Source of the DNA: Candidatus Latescibacterota bacterium
Lineage (GTDB): Bacteria; Latescibacterota; UBA2968
Length of the DNA stretch: 64,000 bases
Assembly (NCBI GenBank): GCA_965204745.1
Contig: OZ242010.1
Coordinates: forward strand, 4,800,001-4,864,000
Direction: 5' to 3'
Shown here: positions 29,187 to 38,644 of the stretch, in pieces
Layout: each line of letters opens with the position of its first letter
How positions within the stretch are numbered: position 1 is the stretch's first letter
Translations under genes and position numbers: made by a program
Notes under the pieces: generated by a model
Databases searched by the model: none
What the model was told of the DNA's origin: nothing
Seen by the model: the letters and a program-made list of their open reading frames with translations, nothing else

Positions 29187-31163
29187 ATGGCTGAATTGAG
29201 CGCAGCGGATCGCGGGTTGAACGCAACAACCGAGCGGATGGGCGTGACGGCGCGGGCGTTTTGCGCGGGCATTGGGGTCGCGCTGTTGGTGAATGTGTTG
29301 CCCGCGTATTCGGCCTATATCGTGCATTCATCGCGCATGGTATTTGCCCATTTGCCGATGGCGACGATGGTGATCTTCACCGCGTTGGCGTGGCCCCTAA
29401 ACGCGCTACTCGCGCGGGCAAAACCGGGATGGGCACTCTCGCAGGGCGAAATGGTGGTGGTCTTTTCGATGGGGTGGATCGCAGGGGCCATCCCCGCGGC
29501 GAATTTCATGGGCTTGTTCATCGGGGGCATCGCCGCGCCCTATTACTACGCGTCGCCCGAAAATCAGTGGGCCGATTATTTGTTGGACGGATTGCCCAAA
29601 TGGGCCGCGCCGCCCAATGATGCGAATCAGATGACGTGGTTTTTCGAGGGCAAACCCCCGGGCGTGGGCATTCCGTGGGATGCGTGGGCCGCGCCGCTCG
29701 CGTGGTGGGGCGCGTTTTTGATCGCGCTGGCATGGGTCAGCGTGGCGCTGATGGCTGCGTTGCGAAAGCAATGGGTGGATCGCGAGCGGTTGCCTTTTCC
29801 CTTGGCCGAGGCGCCGCTGGCGATGGTGGATCAGGGCGAGGATGGGACGTACAAGCTCTTGTCCTCCCGCTTGTTCTGGGCCGGCCTGAGCATTCCCCTA
29901 AGCGTGATGGCGTGGAATACCGCGGGGTATTTCTGGCACGCCTTGCCGCCGATTCCGCTGATGGAGCGATGGGCATTGCCCTTGGGGCGCGGGTTTCCCG
30001 CACTGACGATCAAATTGAATTTCTTCGTCTTGGGCTTTGCGTATTTCACGCATCTCGACGTGTTGTTTAGCCTGTGGTTTTTCTACGCATTGGGCATCGT
30101 GCAAACCGGGGTTTTCGACCGCTTGGGCTATTCGATTGGCGCGTCTGATATTTGGGGCTCGCGCGGGGGCGCGGCATTGGGCTGGCAAGCGATGGGGGCG
30201 TTTTTTGCATTCACCGCGTTGAGCGTGTGGATGGCGCGGGCGCATTTGCGAGACGTGTGGCGCAAGGCCATGCGCGGCGACGCTGCAGTGGATGATTCGG
30301 ACGAGTTGCTGTCTTATCGCACAGCGGTGTGGGGCATGCTCATCGGATCGGCATTTCTCTTTTTCTGGTTGTGGCACGCGGGCATGTCCGCGCTCGTGGC
30401 CGCTGTGTTTTTGTTCGCCCTGATCTTGATGACCGTGGGGGTCACGCGCTTTGTGGCCGAATCCGGCTTGGCTTATGCGCGCATGCCCATCACCCCGCAG
30501 AGTTTTACGTTTTACACCCTAGGCATTCGGCAGATGGACGCGAACAGCGCGGCATCGCTGGCGCTGTCCTATTCGACATTTGGCTTGGGCAACACGTTCG
30601 GCGCATCCACGCTGGCGCACATCGCACAGATGGGCGCGCGCCTCAAACTCAAGACCCGCGCCCTATTTTGGACGACCATGTGCGCGCTGGTGCTGTCCCT
30701 GATCATCTCGGCAGTATTCACGCTCTATCTGGGATACATGCACGGCGCGTACAATTTTAATGTTTATACCTTCAATTCCGGGAATGTGGTGATTTTCAGC
30801 AATGTGGTGAAAAAATTGCAAAACCCCTTTGGCGCCAGCCCGGATAGGCTGATGTTCTTCGGCATCGGCGTGCTCCTCACCGTGCTGTGCGGGGTCATGC
30901 GCTACCGGTTCTTGCAGTGGCCCGTGAGTCCGATTGGCCTGACCGTGTTCACCACCGGCATTTTACAACGTCAAGTATTTACGGTTTTCGCGGCCTGGCT
31001 GGTCAAATTCATCCTGCTCAAAATCGGCGGCATCGGCCTCTACCGCCAATCCCTGCCCCTGTTCATGGGCCTCATGCTCGGCTACGTCTTGGGCATTGGC
31101 TTGGTGTTTCTCGTGGATGTGTTGTTTTTTATGGGCCAAGGGCACATGGTGCATCATTGGTGA
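29187..31163 (+). CDS. Large polytopic inner-membrane protein (DUF6785/DUF6784-like, putative transporter)
   Basis: Many TM helices; YYYASPENQW, RKQWVDRERLPFPL, RFVAESG, WPVSPIG and GG..LYR...PLF.GL.LG patterns. Confidence 0.7.
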   Translation: MAELSAADRGLNATTERMGVTARAFCAGIGVALLVNVLPAYSAYIVHSSRMVFAHLPMATMVIFTALAWPLNALLARAKPGWALSQGEMVVVFSMGWIAGAIPAANFMGLFIGGIAAPYYYASPENQWADYLLDGLPKWAAPPNDANQMTWFFEGKPPGVGIPWDAWAAPLAWWGAFLIALAWVSVALMAALRKQWVDRERLPFPLAEAPLAMVDQGEDGTYKLLSSRLFWAGLSIPLSVMAWNTAGYFWHALPPIPLMERWALPLGRGFPALTIKLNFFVLGFAYFTHLDVLFSLWFFYALGIVQTGVFDRLGYSIGASDIWGSRGGAALGWQAMGAFFAFTALSVWMARAHLRDVWRKAMRGDAAVDDSDELLSYRTAVWGMLIGSAFLFFWLWHAGMSALVAAVFLFALILMTVGVTRFVAESGLAYARMPITPQSFTFYTLGIRQMDANSAASLALSYSTFGLGNTFGASTLAHIAQMGARLKLKTRALFWTTMCALVLSLIISAVFTLYLGYMHGAYNFNVYTFNSGNVVIFSNVVKKLQNPFGASPDRLMFFGIGVLLTVLCGVMRYRFLQWPVSPIGLTVFTTGILQRQVFTVFAAWLVKFILLKIGGIGLYRQSLPLFMGLMLGYVLGIGLVFLVDVLFFMGQGHMVHHW

Positions 31164-31180
31164 GAGGCAGTGGTCAGTGG

Positions 31181-31385
31181 TCATGTGAAGGTCGGCGTGT
31201 TGTTATTGCTCATGCGTTGTGTATAAAACCACAGATGCTTTTGGTCATACTGCTGACAAATAGAGACAGACAAGTCAATGCGTTTATCTTGCCAATCCAT
31301 CGCGTGCTCCTTCCTTTGAGGGTGAAAGGGTTGCGCCCTCAAGAAAGGACAAGTACGCGATGGATCCAACTCTTAATTCGCATTG
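31181..31385 (-). mobile_element. IS left-end remnant with 39-aa transposase N-terminus (IS982-like)
   Basis: ATG 31300 after AAGGAG gives MDWQDKRIDLSVSICQQYDQKHLWFYTQRMSNNNTPTFT, resembling transposase N-termini of the MDWQ..LI..Y..C...LW...QRMSN type (from memory). End motif CAATGCGAATTAAGAGT is repeated elsewhere in the window. Confidence 0.6.
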
Positions 31386-31401
31386 ACAACTGATGGCATC
31401 T

Positions 31402-32250
31402 CTAACCGTGATCAATGCCCAACAACGCCTCGTTCAAACTGCCCGGGCGATAGCCCTGAAGGTCGAGCGTGACATAGCGGTACCCGATGGTTTTGAGCGC
31501 GTGGGCCACGGCCTCGTTTGTCCCGCCATTAAAAAACCGCGCCAAGTCCGCGGGTGGAACCTCGATGCGGGCAATATCCTCGTGGTGGCGAACGCGCACT
31601 TGGGCAAAGCCGCGCGCTTTCAAAAATTGCTCGGCGCGGTCGATCATCTGCAAGGCTTTGGGCGTTACCGGCGTGCCGTATGGAATCCGCGAGGACAAAC
31701 ACGCGGACGCGGGCATATCCCATGTGGGCAAGCCCCATTGCTTGGACAGGGTTCGGACGTCGTCTTTGGTAAATCCCAACTCGACCATTGGGGCGCGAAT
31801 CCCGCGAGATTCAGCGGCAGCCATGCCGGGGCGATAATCGCCCACATCGTCTGCGATGGCGCCGTAGAGCAAGTATTTGAACTCGCCTGCGTAGTGCGCG
31901 ATCACCTCGTCCAACTTGTCGGCCAGCGCGCTCTTGCAGTGGAAACACCGATCCGGATCGTTCTTCACGTAATCGGGATTGTCCATCTCCTGCGTATAGA
32001 CCACGTCGAGTTGAATGCCAATGTGCTCGGCCAAGGCCCGCGCCCTGTCGAGTTCGCCCGTGGCATAACTCGCCGAGACCGCGGTCACGGCCAGGGCGCG
32101 ATTGCCCAAAACCCGATGCGCTGCCGCCGCGAGAAAAGCGCTGTCAACCCCGCCTGAGAATGCCACCACCGCGTTGCCCATGTCGTTGAGCACGGCGTTG
32201 AGGCGCGTCAATTTTTCATCGGAAGTCGCGTTCACTGTATCCATGGTCAC
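31402..32250 (-). CDS. larE: ATP-dependent sacrificial sulfur transferase LarE
   Basis: PP-loop AFSGGVDS, RCFHCK, DD..DYRPG, ACLSSRIPYG, RVRHH...ARIEV and LDLQGYRPGSLN. Confidence 0.92.
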   Translation of the reverse strand: MTMDTVNATSDEKLTRLNAVLNDMGNAVVAFSGGVDSAFLAAAAHRVLGNRALAVTAVSASYATGELDRARALAEHIGIQLDVVYTQEMDNPDYVKNDPDRCFHCKSALADKLDEVIAHYAGEFKYLLYGAIADDVGDYRPGMAAAESRGIRAPMVELGFTKDDVRTLSKQWGLPTWDMPASACLSSRIPYGTPVTPKALQMIDRAEQFLKARGFAQVRVRHHEDIARIEVPPADLARFFNGGTNEAVAHALKTIGYRYVTLDLQGYRPGSLNEALLGIDHG

Positions 32251-33692
32251 ACCGCTTTCACTGCGCCGGGAACGACGATGGCATCCACCATCCCGTGCAA
32301 TACCTTTTTGTCAGCCGGGCAAATCGTGGCCTGCAAGCCCGAAAGCACGGCCTCGTCGTCGATCACAAAATAATACGGTTGCAACCGCACCCGGCCCTTC
32401 ATGGTTTTGATTTCATCGGTCGCAAAATCGCAATAAGACGCGGAAAATGTCGCGCCATTGTGAAATTCCTGCAAGACGTGGGGCGTGTGTTCAAAAGCAT
32501 CGAGGGACTCGCGGATCACGCCTTGCCAATCGCGCTCGGCCATATCGTGCCCAATCGCCACGCCTCGGCTGCCCCATGCCAGTTCCGAATAGCCCGAAGG
32601 CTTGATGACCAGTTGCCGGTGTTTTTGCCCCAAGCGGCCCAAGGCGCGCCAATCGGAAAAGCACTGTCCGTCAATTTCCAACCCGGCGATCACGCTGTGC
32701 GGGGGCATAGGCGCGGGGTCTAAAACCCAGGTTTTGGGAAAGGTCTGCTGCAAAAAAGCCACAGCTATTTTCCCCAAGTGCTGTTGCCAAAAACCTGCGA
32801 GCAAGGGATGGTAAAACAGGGCCATCATCATTTTTTCTTCGCAATACGCCTTCAAAGGCGGGGTGATTTTGACCAACCCCTTGCGAACCGCGTACAAGAT
32901 CAAGTCGATCTGGGGCAAGTTCCGCAAGTCGAACAACTCGAAAAATCTGTAAATCACGTCCAACCGCCGCCTGCCGTGCGCGCCATTGACAAACAGGCCA
33001 TCTGCCACAAAAACCACATCTTCGGGCGCGATGACATGCGTTTCTAAACCCGCGTCATTCAAGCGGTTGCCCAAATACGCCATCTCGGGCCGATATGCCG
33101 CCGCCTCGTCCGAGACGACGATGCCCAAAACCGGCGCGTCTGTGCCGGCCATGCCCCGAATCATCCGCGCAAAGCCCGTGATCATCCCATCTGCGCCGCC
33201 GACCATGTGACCGCCGAGTTTGGCATAGCGCGCGCTCAGGCTCGCGGTAAATCCAATCCCCCCGGGCACGGAATCCAATTCCGTGGCGATCATCCCCTGC
33301 CGCGTGGGAATCACATCGGGCCGAATCACCCTGGGCACCTGGCTTTTGAACCTGCCCATCTGCCCGAACTTGATCACCTCTTCGGATTTGCCCTGGTCCA
33401 AATACCCGGCGACCCAGGCGGGCTGGATACCCCGGATGCTTTGGGAATACAACAGGTTCAACGCCTTGTAAAACCGATACAGATGCTGCCCGAGTGCCTC
33501 TAAGTGCGCCAGCACCGGGGGCGGCAACCACCACGGCTCGGGCGACACGCGCCACGAACTGTTCGACTGCGGATGCACGGCGCGCTGCACTTCTGTGTAC
33601 AACCCGCCCTCGGGCGTCAACTCGTCAATATAACGCGCCCGGTCTCGGGCGTCCATCTCACCAACGGATTTCTCCGCTTCACACATGCTCAT
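32247..33692 (-). CDS. Uncharacterised ATP-grasp-like ligase (glutathionylspermidine synthase-like)
   Basis: IRPD...TELDSVPGG, VIYRFFELFD, EEK, VIKPSG...WGSRGV.IG and VLQEF match the layout of GSP-synthase/circularly permuted ATP-grasp proteins. Confidence 0.55.
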   Translation of the reverse strand: MSMCEAEKSVGEMDARDRARYIDELTPEGGLYTEVQRAVHPQSNSSWRVSPEPWWLPPPVLAHLEALGQHLYRFYKALNLLYSQSIRGIQPAWVAGYLDQGKSEEVIKFGQMGRFKSQVPRVIRPDVIPTRQGMIATELDSVPGGIGFTASLSARYAKLGGHMVGGADGMITGFARMIRGMAGTDAPVLGIVVSDEAAAYRPEMAYLGNRLNDAGLETHVIAPEDVVFVADGLFVNGAHGRRRLDVIYRFFELFDLRNLPQIDLILYAVRKGLVKITPPLKAYCEEKMMMALFYHPLLAGFWQQHLGKIAVAFLQQTFPKTWVLDPAPMPPHSVIAGLEIDGQCFSDWRALGRLGQKHRQLVIKPSGYSELAWGSRGVAIGHDMAERDWQGVIRESLDAFEHTPHVLQEFHNGATFSASYCDFATDEIKTMKGRVRLQPYYFVIDDEAVLSGLQATICPADKKVLHGMVDAIVVPGAVKAV

Positions 33693-33859
33693 AAAAATTC
33701 CTTTTGTGCTTTTGAATTGGCTATCGCCAGTTGTATCCCGCTCGTGCTTTTTGTGGCTATTTGCATTTCTCCAACTTTTGCTCCCCAAAATACAAAGAAC
33801 AGGGAGGCCTGCAAAATGTCAATTCCCTGTTCCGGTTCACCTGATCGTTGATTGGGCAC

Positions 33860-34309
33860 CTACCCCTTGCGCTTTGATCGCAGATGCTCGCCGATGAGCG
33901 TGCGCTCGGCTTCGGACAGTGCGGACGCATCGTCTGCTGAATCCGCTTCTTCTTCTGCTTGGTCGAGCGGCAACGGGGCCGTTTTGTCGCGTGCTTCGAG
34001 GCTTTGCTGAATCTTGGCAAATTCGTCTTGGGTCTCAGTGACCGCCGCGGGTTCTGCCTGCGGTTCGGATTCTTCGGACAACGGCATATCGGGCAGGTCA
34101 GCCGTGTCCGCTTCTTCGGCCAGTTCATCTTCCAAATTCAAGCGCGTAGCAACGGCCTCATAAACCGATTTGGCGGCATCTACGCGGCCTTCCAAGCGGC
34201 GCAGGGCTTGGCGCAACTCGTCCATCTCCGCCGACGCCTCTTCAATTTCCCGCCGCGCAAAATCGAGAACTTGTTCGTACACAACATCTCTGGAAGTATC
34301 ATCTGGCAT
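33860..34309 (-). CDS. Acidic coiled-coil hypothetical protein
   Basis: 149 aa with its own TTGACA-17-TATATT promoter (34362-34390) and AAGGA SD. Confidence 0.7.
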   Translation of the reverse strand: MPDDTSRDVVYEQVLDFARREIEEASAEMDELRQALRRLEGRVDAAKSVYEAVATRLNLEDELAEEADTADLPDMPLSEESEPQAEPAAVTETQDEFAKIQQSLEARDKTAPLPLDQAEEEADSADDASALSEAERTLIGEHLRSKRKG

Positions 34310-34441
34310 AACATCTGTCCTTGCAAATTTGTGAAAGGTGAACAACAGCGGGCAACGGTCAAATATAGACTGTGCCCTTGGGCATGTCAAGGCAGAACTC
34401 GGGCAGCAGTTGGCGAATGGGCATACCTGCGGGACGAAATC

Positions 34442-35590
34442 TCAAACGTAATTCACGCCGTACCAGACACCTGGAATCGGCAGGCACTTTCGCAAGACCT
34501 CACCCGCGCGGGCACCGGCGGTTAGCATCGCGTCTTCGGCGCCGTCCCATGTGCCGAAAATCAGGTGTGCTGCTGCGCCGCGGCTTTCGGCCACCACGCG
34601 GTCTCCGCCGTAGTGGATGTGATACTCGTCTCCCACTTCCCGAAACACCAACCCATTGGCCGCGTGTTCGCCGATTCGCTCGACAAAATAGGGGCGCATT
34701 TTTTTGAGCAACTGTTCAAAGTGAATGATCATCGTCGTGCCGGGCAGGGTGGCGCGTTCTGGGGTCAACCCGCGTGCGTAGAGCATGTCGTACAACACCG
34801 AGTCGAACCCCTTGACGTGCAGGGAGACGCGCTTCAAATTCTGCGCCCGAATCCATTTGCCCAACGCGCCGACAATGGCGGATCGCTCGCCTGCGTAATC
34901 GAGCAGATTCACCTGCCCATCATCCCGGTCGCGCGCCTGTTGCACGACGCCAAACGCCACGGGGTGATCCCCTCGCCGAATCAGATATGTTTTGGCCGGG
35001 CGATTCTGCACCCAGCCATCGATGCCAAACGCGATGTCCGACGGTGGGCGTAGCCAGCGCACGGGTTCGCGCCGATAAATGTGCCCAATGGCGTCAACAT
35101 CCGTTGCAGACGCCGGGGCAACCGTCCACGCCGAGTCGTCAAAATCACCCGCACGGTCGCTTGGGACGTGAAACAGCCACTCGCGGCCCACGTATCGGCA
35201 GCCGTGCCGGTGGTACATATTGCGATACCCGGACACCATCACATAATCCACGCCGTCTTTGCGGCAATCGCGCATGGTGTCTTGCAAAAGCGCGGTGGCA
35301 TAGCCCTTGCCCCGGTGCGATTCGAGCGTTGCCACGCCCCCCAATGATGCCACGCGCAGGGGACATCCGAAAATGGACACGGCCCGCCGAATGGTGCCGA
35401 TGTGCGAGACCACCTCGCCATTTTCCACCACCACGCGCAAATTGCTCGCATTGTCATCGTTGAAGGCGTGCGGTTGAATATCCGCCAATCCTTCAAAAAA
35501 CACGTCGCCGAGCAAGGCGCGCAAACGCCCCATCTCATCTCGCCGCACGCTGCGAATCCCATTTTCCCATGCCGCCGATTCCCTGGGCAT
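34442..35590 (-). CDS. GNAT acetyltransferase (Eis-like)
   Basis: LGGVATLESHRGKGYA acetyl-CoA motif; length fits a tandem GNAT. Confidence 0.85.
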   Translation of the reverse strand: MPRESAAWENGIRSVRRDEMGRLRALLGDVFFEGLADIQPHAFNDDNASNLRVVVENGEVVSHIGTIRRAVSIFGCPLRVASLGGVATLESHRGKGYATALLQDTMRDCRKDGVDYVMVSGYRNMYHRHGCRYVGREWLFHVPSDRAGDFDDSAWTVAPASATDVDAIGHIYRREPVRWLRPPSDIAFGIDGWVQNRPAKTYLIRRGDHPVAFGVVQQARDRDDGQVNLLDYAGERSAIVGALGKWIRAQNLKRVSLHVKGFDSVLYDMLYARGLTPERATLPGTTMIIHFEQLLKKMRPYFVERIGEHAANGLVFREVGDEYHIHYGGDRVVAESRGAAAHLIFGTWDGAEDAMLTAGARAGEVLRKCLPIPGVWYGVNYV

Positions 35591-35606
35591 AAGCCCTCCA
35601 AAGTCG

Positions 35607-35954
35607 TTATTTCTGAATCGCGCCTTCGCGTTTTTGCGATTCCATATACGCCCGCAGAACCGCATTCATTTGGGTTTGATATCCTTTGCCGAGCGATTGA
35701 AACCAATCGACAACATCGCCGTCCATCCGGACCGAGATTTGTTTCTTTTTCGGCGGCGTGACGACCCGGAGTTGCGTCAGGTCGCAATCCTCCAAGCAAA
35801 GGGTGTCCGGGTCTTCGCGGGCATTGCGCTCGATTTCTTCTTCGGTCATTGCGTGCAATCGGCCCCAATCGGTTTCATCTTCCCTACTACCCACCGGCAC
35901 GCCTTGAGACACAGTGATTATACCGTCCGTTTTCTCGTTTTTGACCTTGGCCAT
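35607..35954 (-). CDS. brnA: BrnA antitoxin
   Basis: KKQISVRMDGDVVDWFQSLGKGYQTQMNAVLRAY. Confidence 0.92.
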   Translation of the reverse strand: MAKVKNEKTDGIITVSQGVPVGSREDETDWGRLHAMTEEEIERNAREDPDTLCLEDCDLTQLRVVTPPKKKQISVRMDGDVVDWFQSLGKGYQTQMNAVLRAYMESQKREGAIQK

Positions 35955-35963
35955 TTCGCCTCC

Positions 35964-36224
35964 TTATGTGTTTGCTTCAAACAATCTTCGTTCTTTTTTG
36001 CTTGCCCTGCGTGCGGAAATGATCCGCCGGGCCTGACCGCGCCATGTATAAACAACGGCGATCACATAATTGTCGAGCCTTCCCAATGCGAGTATCCGAT
36101 CTTCGTCGTGTCGCCTGTGGGGCACCTCTACAACGGCTTCCTCAAAGATAGTTACAGCGACCCGAAAGTCGTAGCCGTGTTTCTCAATGTTGGCAAGTCG
36201 CTTGTTATCGTCCCATTCAAACAT
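35964..36224 (-). CDS. brnT: BrnT toxin
   Basis: MFEWDDNKRLANIEKHGYDF...RRIISARRASKKER. Confidence 0.92.
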   Translation of the reverse strand: MFEWDDNKRLANIEKHGYDFRVAVTIFEEAVVEVPHRRHDEDRILALGRLDNYVIAVVYTWRGQARRIISARRASKKERRLFEANT

Positions 36225-36335
36225 GTGCTAAACTTGAATCAAAAAAACAGGGTAAAAAAAATGGACTTAAAACGCTATTGGTTGTGTATATTGATGCCGA
36301 ACAACAGGTCCACTTTCACCGGAGGAGAATGCGTT

Positions 36336-36824
36336 ATGAAACGGCTCTATCTCGTGCGGCACGCCAAGTCGGATTGGGGGACTTATGGACTGGCTGATTT
36401 TGATCGGCCATTGAACAAGCGCGGGAAAAAGGACGCGCCGCGCATGGGCAAACATCTGAAACGGGTCTGGCAGGTCGCGCCGGATCGCGTGTTGTGTAGC
36501 ACGGCCAAGCGCGCGCGATCCACGGCCAAGCGATTGCGGAAAGCACTCGATATTTCCAAAAAACAGATCGCCTGGAACGACCGCATTTATTCGGGGCACA
36601 AGGACTATGTGTTGGATCTGATTCGACAAACCGACAATCGCCATCGAGCGGTCATGGTCATTGGACACAACCCGGATATGACCTCCTTGGTCAATCAACT
36701 CACCGGGTCTTCAATTGCCAATGTGCCGACGTGCGGGGTCGCGGGAATCGATTTGCCCATTGACGATTGGGCGGATACTGCGTCTGGCGATCTGGTGTTT
36801 TTCGAGGTGCCCAAGTCAATTTGA
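36336..36824 (+). CDS. sixA: Histidine phosphatase, SixA-like
   Basis: LVRHAKS, DRPLNKRG, STAKRA, IGHNP and VPTCG. GGAGG SD. Confidence 0.88.
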   Translation: MKRLYLVRHAKSDWGTYGLADFDRPLNKRGKKDAPRMGKHLKRVWQVAPDRVLCSTAKRARSTAKRLRKALDISKKQIAWNDRIYSGHKDYVLDLIRQTDNRHRAVMVIGHNPDMTSLVNQLTGSSIANVPTCGVAGIDLPIDDWADTASGDLVFFEVPKSI

Positions 36825-37020
36825 CGCGATTAACAGGCCAGTCAACTTCCGCATCGCTGGGTACGAGGACAGCACACAGGGCCTGTCCCTACGGCTGATG
36901 GGGGCGGTGGCGGGGTTGCCTCTACCTCAAAGGTGAGAGGTGAGAGGCAAGACGTGAGAAGACCACCCCTCTCCCCTCTTGCGTCTTGCGTCTCACCGAA
37001 GGGGGTTGGGCGGGGTGGGA

Positions 37021-37173
37021 ACTGACCACTGACCACTGACCACTGACCACTGACCACTGACCACTGACCACTGACCACTGACAACTGACAACTGACAACT
37101 GACAACTGACAACTGACAACTGACAACTGACAACTGACAACTGACAACTGACAACTGACAACTGACAACTGCC
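37021..37173. repeat. Heptamer tandem array (ACTGACC)x8 + (ACTGACA)x13
   Basis: Directly visible between convergent genes. Confidence 0.97.
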
Positions 37174-37175
37174 TC

Positions 37176-38336
37176 TCAATACGTCTCCGACACGTCGAGC
37201 ACGGTGCTGGCATCCACATTTTTGGTTGAGGTGGAGTTTTTAATCTGTTCTTGGAGTTTGGCATGGAAGAGGTCAGCGTCCACTGGAATATCGACCCAGC
37301 TGTCCGTCCACGCGGACAGGAGCATGGCGTTTGCCAGTTCCACGCCTTTGATGCCCTCGACACCGGGCGCGAGGAGGGGACTGCCCGTGCGGATGGCATC
37401 GACCCAGTTTTGCGTGATGCCGCGATGGGCTTCGCCGCCCTTGCCCGTGGGAATTTCGCATTTCCAGACTTCGGGACTGCCAAAGCCGCCTTTGTACGTT
37501 TTGCAAAATGTGCTGACGGATTCGCGGGTGCGCCAAAACGTGATGTTGCCGCCTTCCATGACGACTTTGCCCCGATCTCCAGCGATTTCGAGGCGGTTGC
37601 TACCAGGGGCTTCGCCCGTCGTGGTGATGAACACGCCAGTCGCGCCATTTTCGTATTCCACGTACGCGGTGACTTCGTCGTCGACTTCGATGTCGTGGTA
37701 CTTGCCAAAGCCGACAAAGGCCCGGCAGCGCGTGGGCATCCCGCAAATCCATTGCCACAGGTCGAGATTGTGCGGGCATTGGTTCATCAACACGCCGCCG
37801 CCTTCGCCTGCCCAGGTGGCGCGCCAACCCCCGGAATCGTAATAACTCTGCGAGCGAAACCAAGTGGTGATGATGTAATTGGTGCGCTGAATCTCGCCCA
37901 CGTCGCCAGATGCGATCAGGTCTTTGAGTTTTTGGTGCGCGCCGATGGTGCGTTGGTTGAACATCAGGCCAAACACGCGGTCGCTTTGTTCGGCAACGGC
38001 GTTCATTTCCCCGACTTGTTTGGTATAAACGCCCGCGGGTTTTTCGATGAGCACATGCAACCCGCTGTTCATCGCTTGAATGGCCAAGGGCGGATGGAAG
38101 TAGTGCGGCGTGGCAACGATGACGGCATCGACACTGCCCGAAGCCATCAAATCGCCGGCATTGTCAAACGTGCGGACATTGTCGCCCAAATTCTCGCGTG
38201 CCCATCTGATGCGGTCCGGATGAATGTCGCAGACAGCGGTCAGTTCGGCATTTGCAACCCGCCCCGGATGCAAATACCCACAATGCCCACTGCCCATGTT
38301 GCCGATGCCAATGACGCCGATGCGTACTGTGTCCAT
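37176..38336 (-). CDS. Gfo/Idh/MocA oxidoreductase
   Basis: GVIGIGNMG, ATPHYFH, EKP and GGGVLMNQCPHNLD. Confidence 0.92.
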   Translation of the reverse strand: MDTVRIGVIGIGNMGSGHCGYLHPGRVANAELTAVCDIHPDRIRWARENLGDNVRTFDNAGDLMASGSVDAVIVATPHYFHPPLAIQAMNSGLHVLIEKPAGVYTKQVGEMNAVAEQSDRVFGLMFNQRTIGAHQKLKDLIASGDVGEIQRTNYIITTWFRSQSYYDSGGWRATWAGEGGGVLMNQCPHNLDLWQWICGMPTRCRAFVGFGKYHDIEVDDEVTAYVEYENGATGVFITTTGEAPGSNRLEIAGDRGKVVMEGGNITFWRTRESVSTFCKTYKGGFGSPEVWKCEIPTGKGGEAHRGITQNWVDAIRTGSPLLAPGVEGIKGVELANAMLLSAWTDSWVDIPVDADLFHAKLQEQIKNSTSTKNVDASTVLDVSETY

Positions 38337-38644
38337 AAAAATCTCTCCTACGAGGGTGTGAAGGTCGCTTTTTGTCGCGGGTCAAGATACGCGCTCGCCT
38401 CGGGTTCAGCAATAGAAAATCCATAGCTTTCAGCCAGCAACCCGAATGCGAGCATACCGACTACAATTTGATTTTGGGTTGTCCGTATCCTATCTTCCAT
38501 CGAGAAATGAGGAATTGAAAATGCTCCACGCCACCCCAACTCGTAATTCGCAATACCGCATCACATGAGGAAAACAGCAATTCGATAAACAGGGGGCGGA
38601 ATCCAGTAACTTTTTGGTTTTCCCACAACACGCGAGGTATCGCC

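Noticed and set aside
35634-36335. Apparent long N-terminal extension of SixA
   Set aside because: It is antisense to brnTA; the true start is 36336 with a GGAGG SD.
36842-37717. ORFs with QLSVVSC/QWSVVSG repeats
   Set aside because: They are translations of the non-coding heptamer array and overlap a real gene in another frame.
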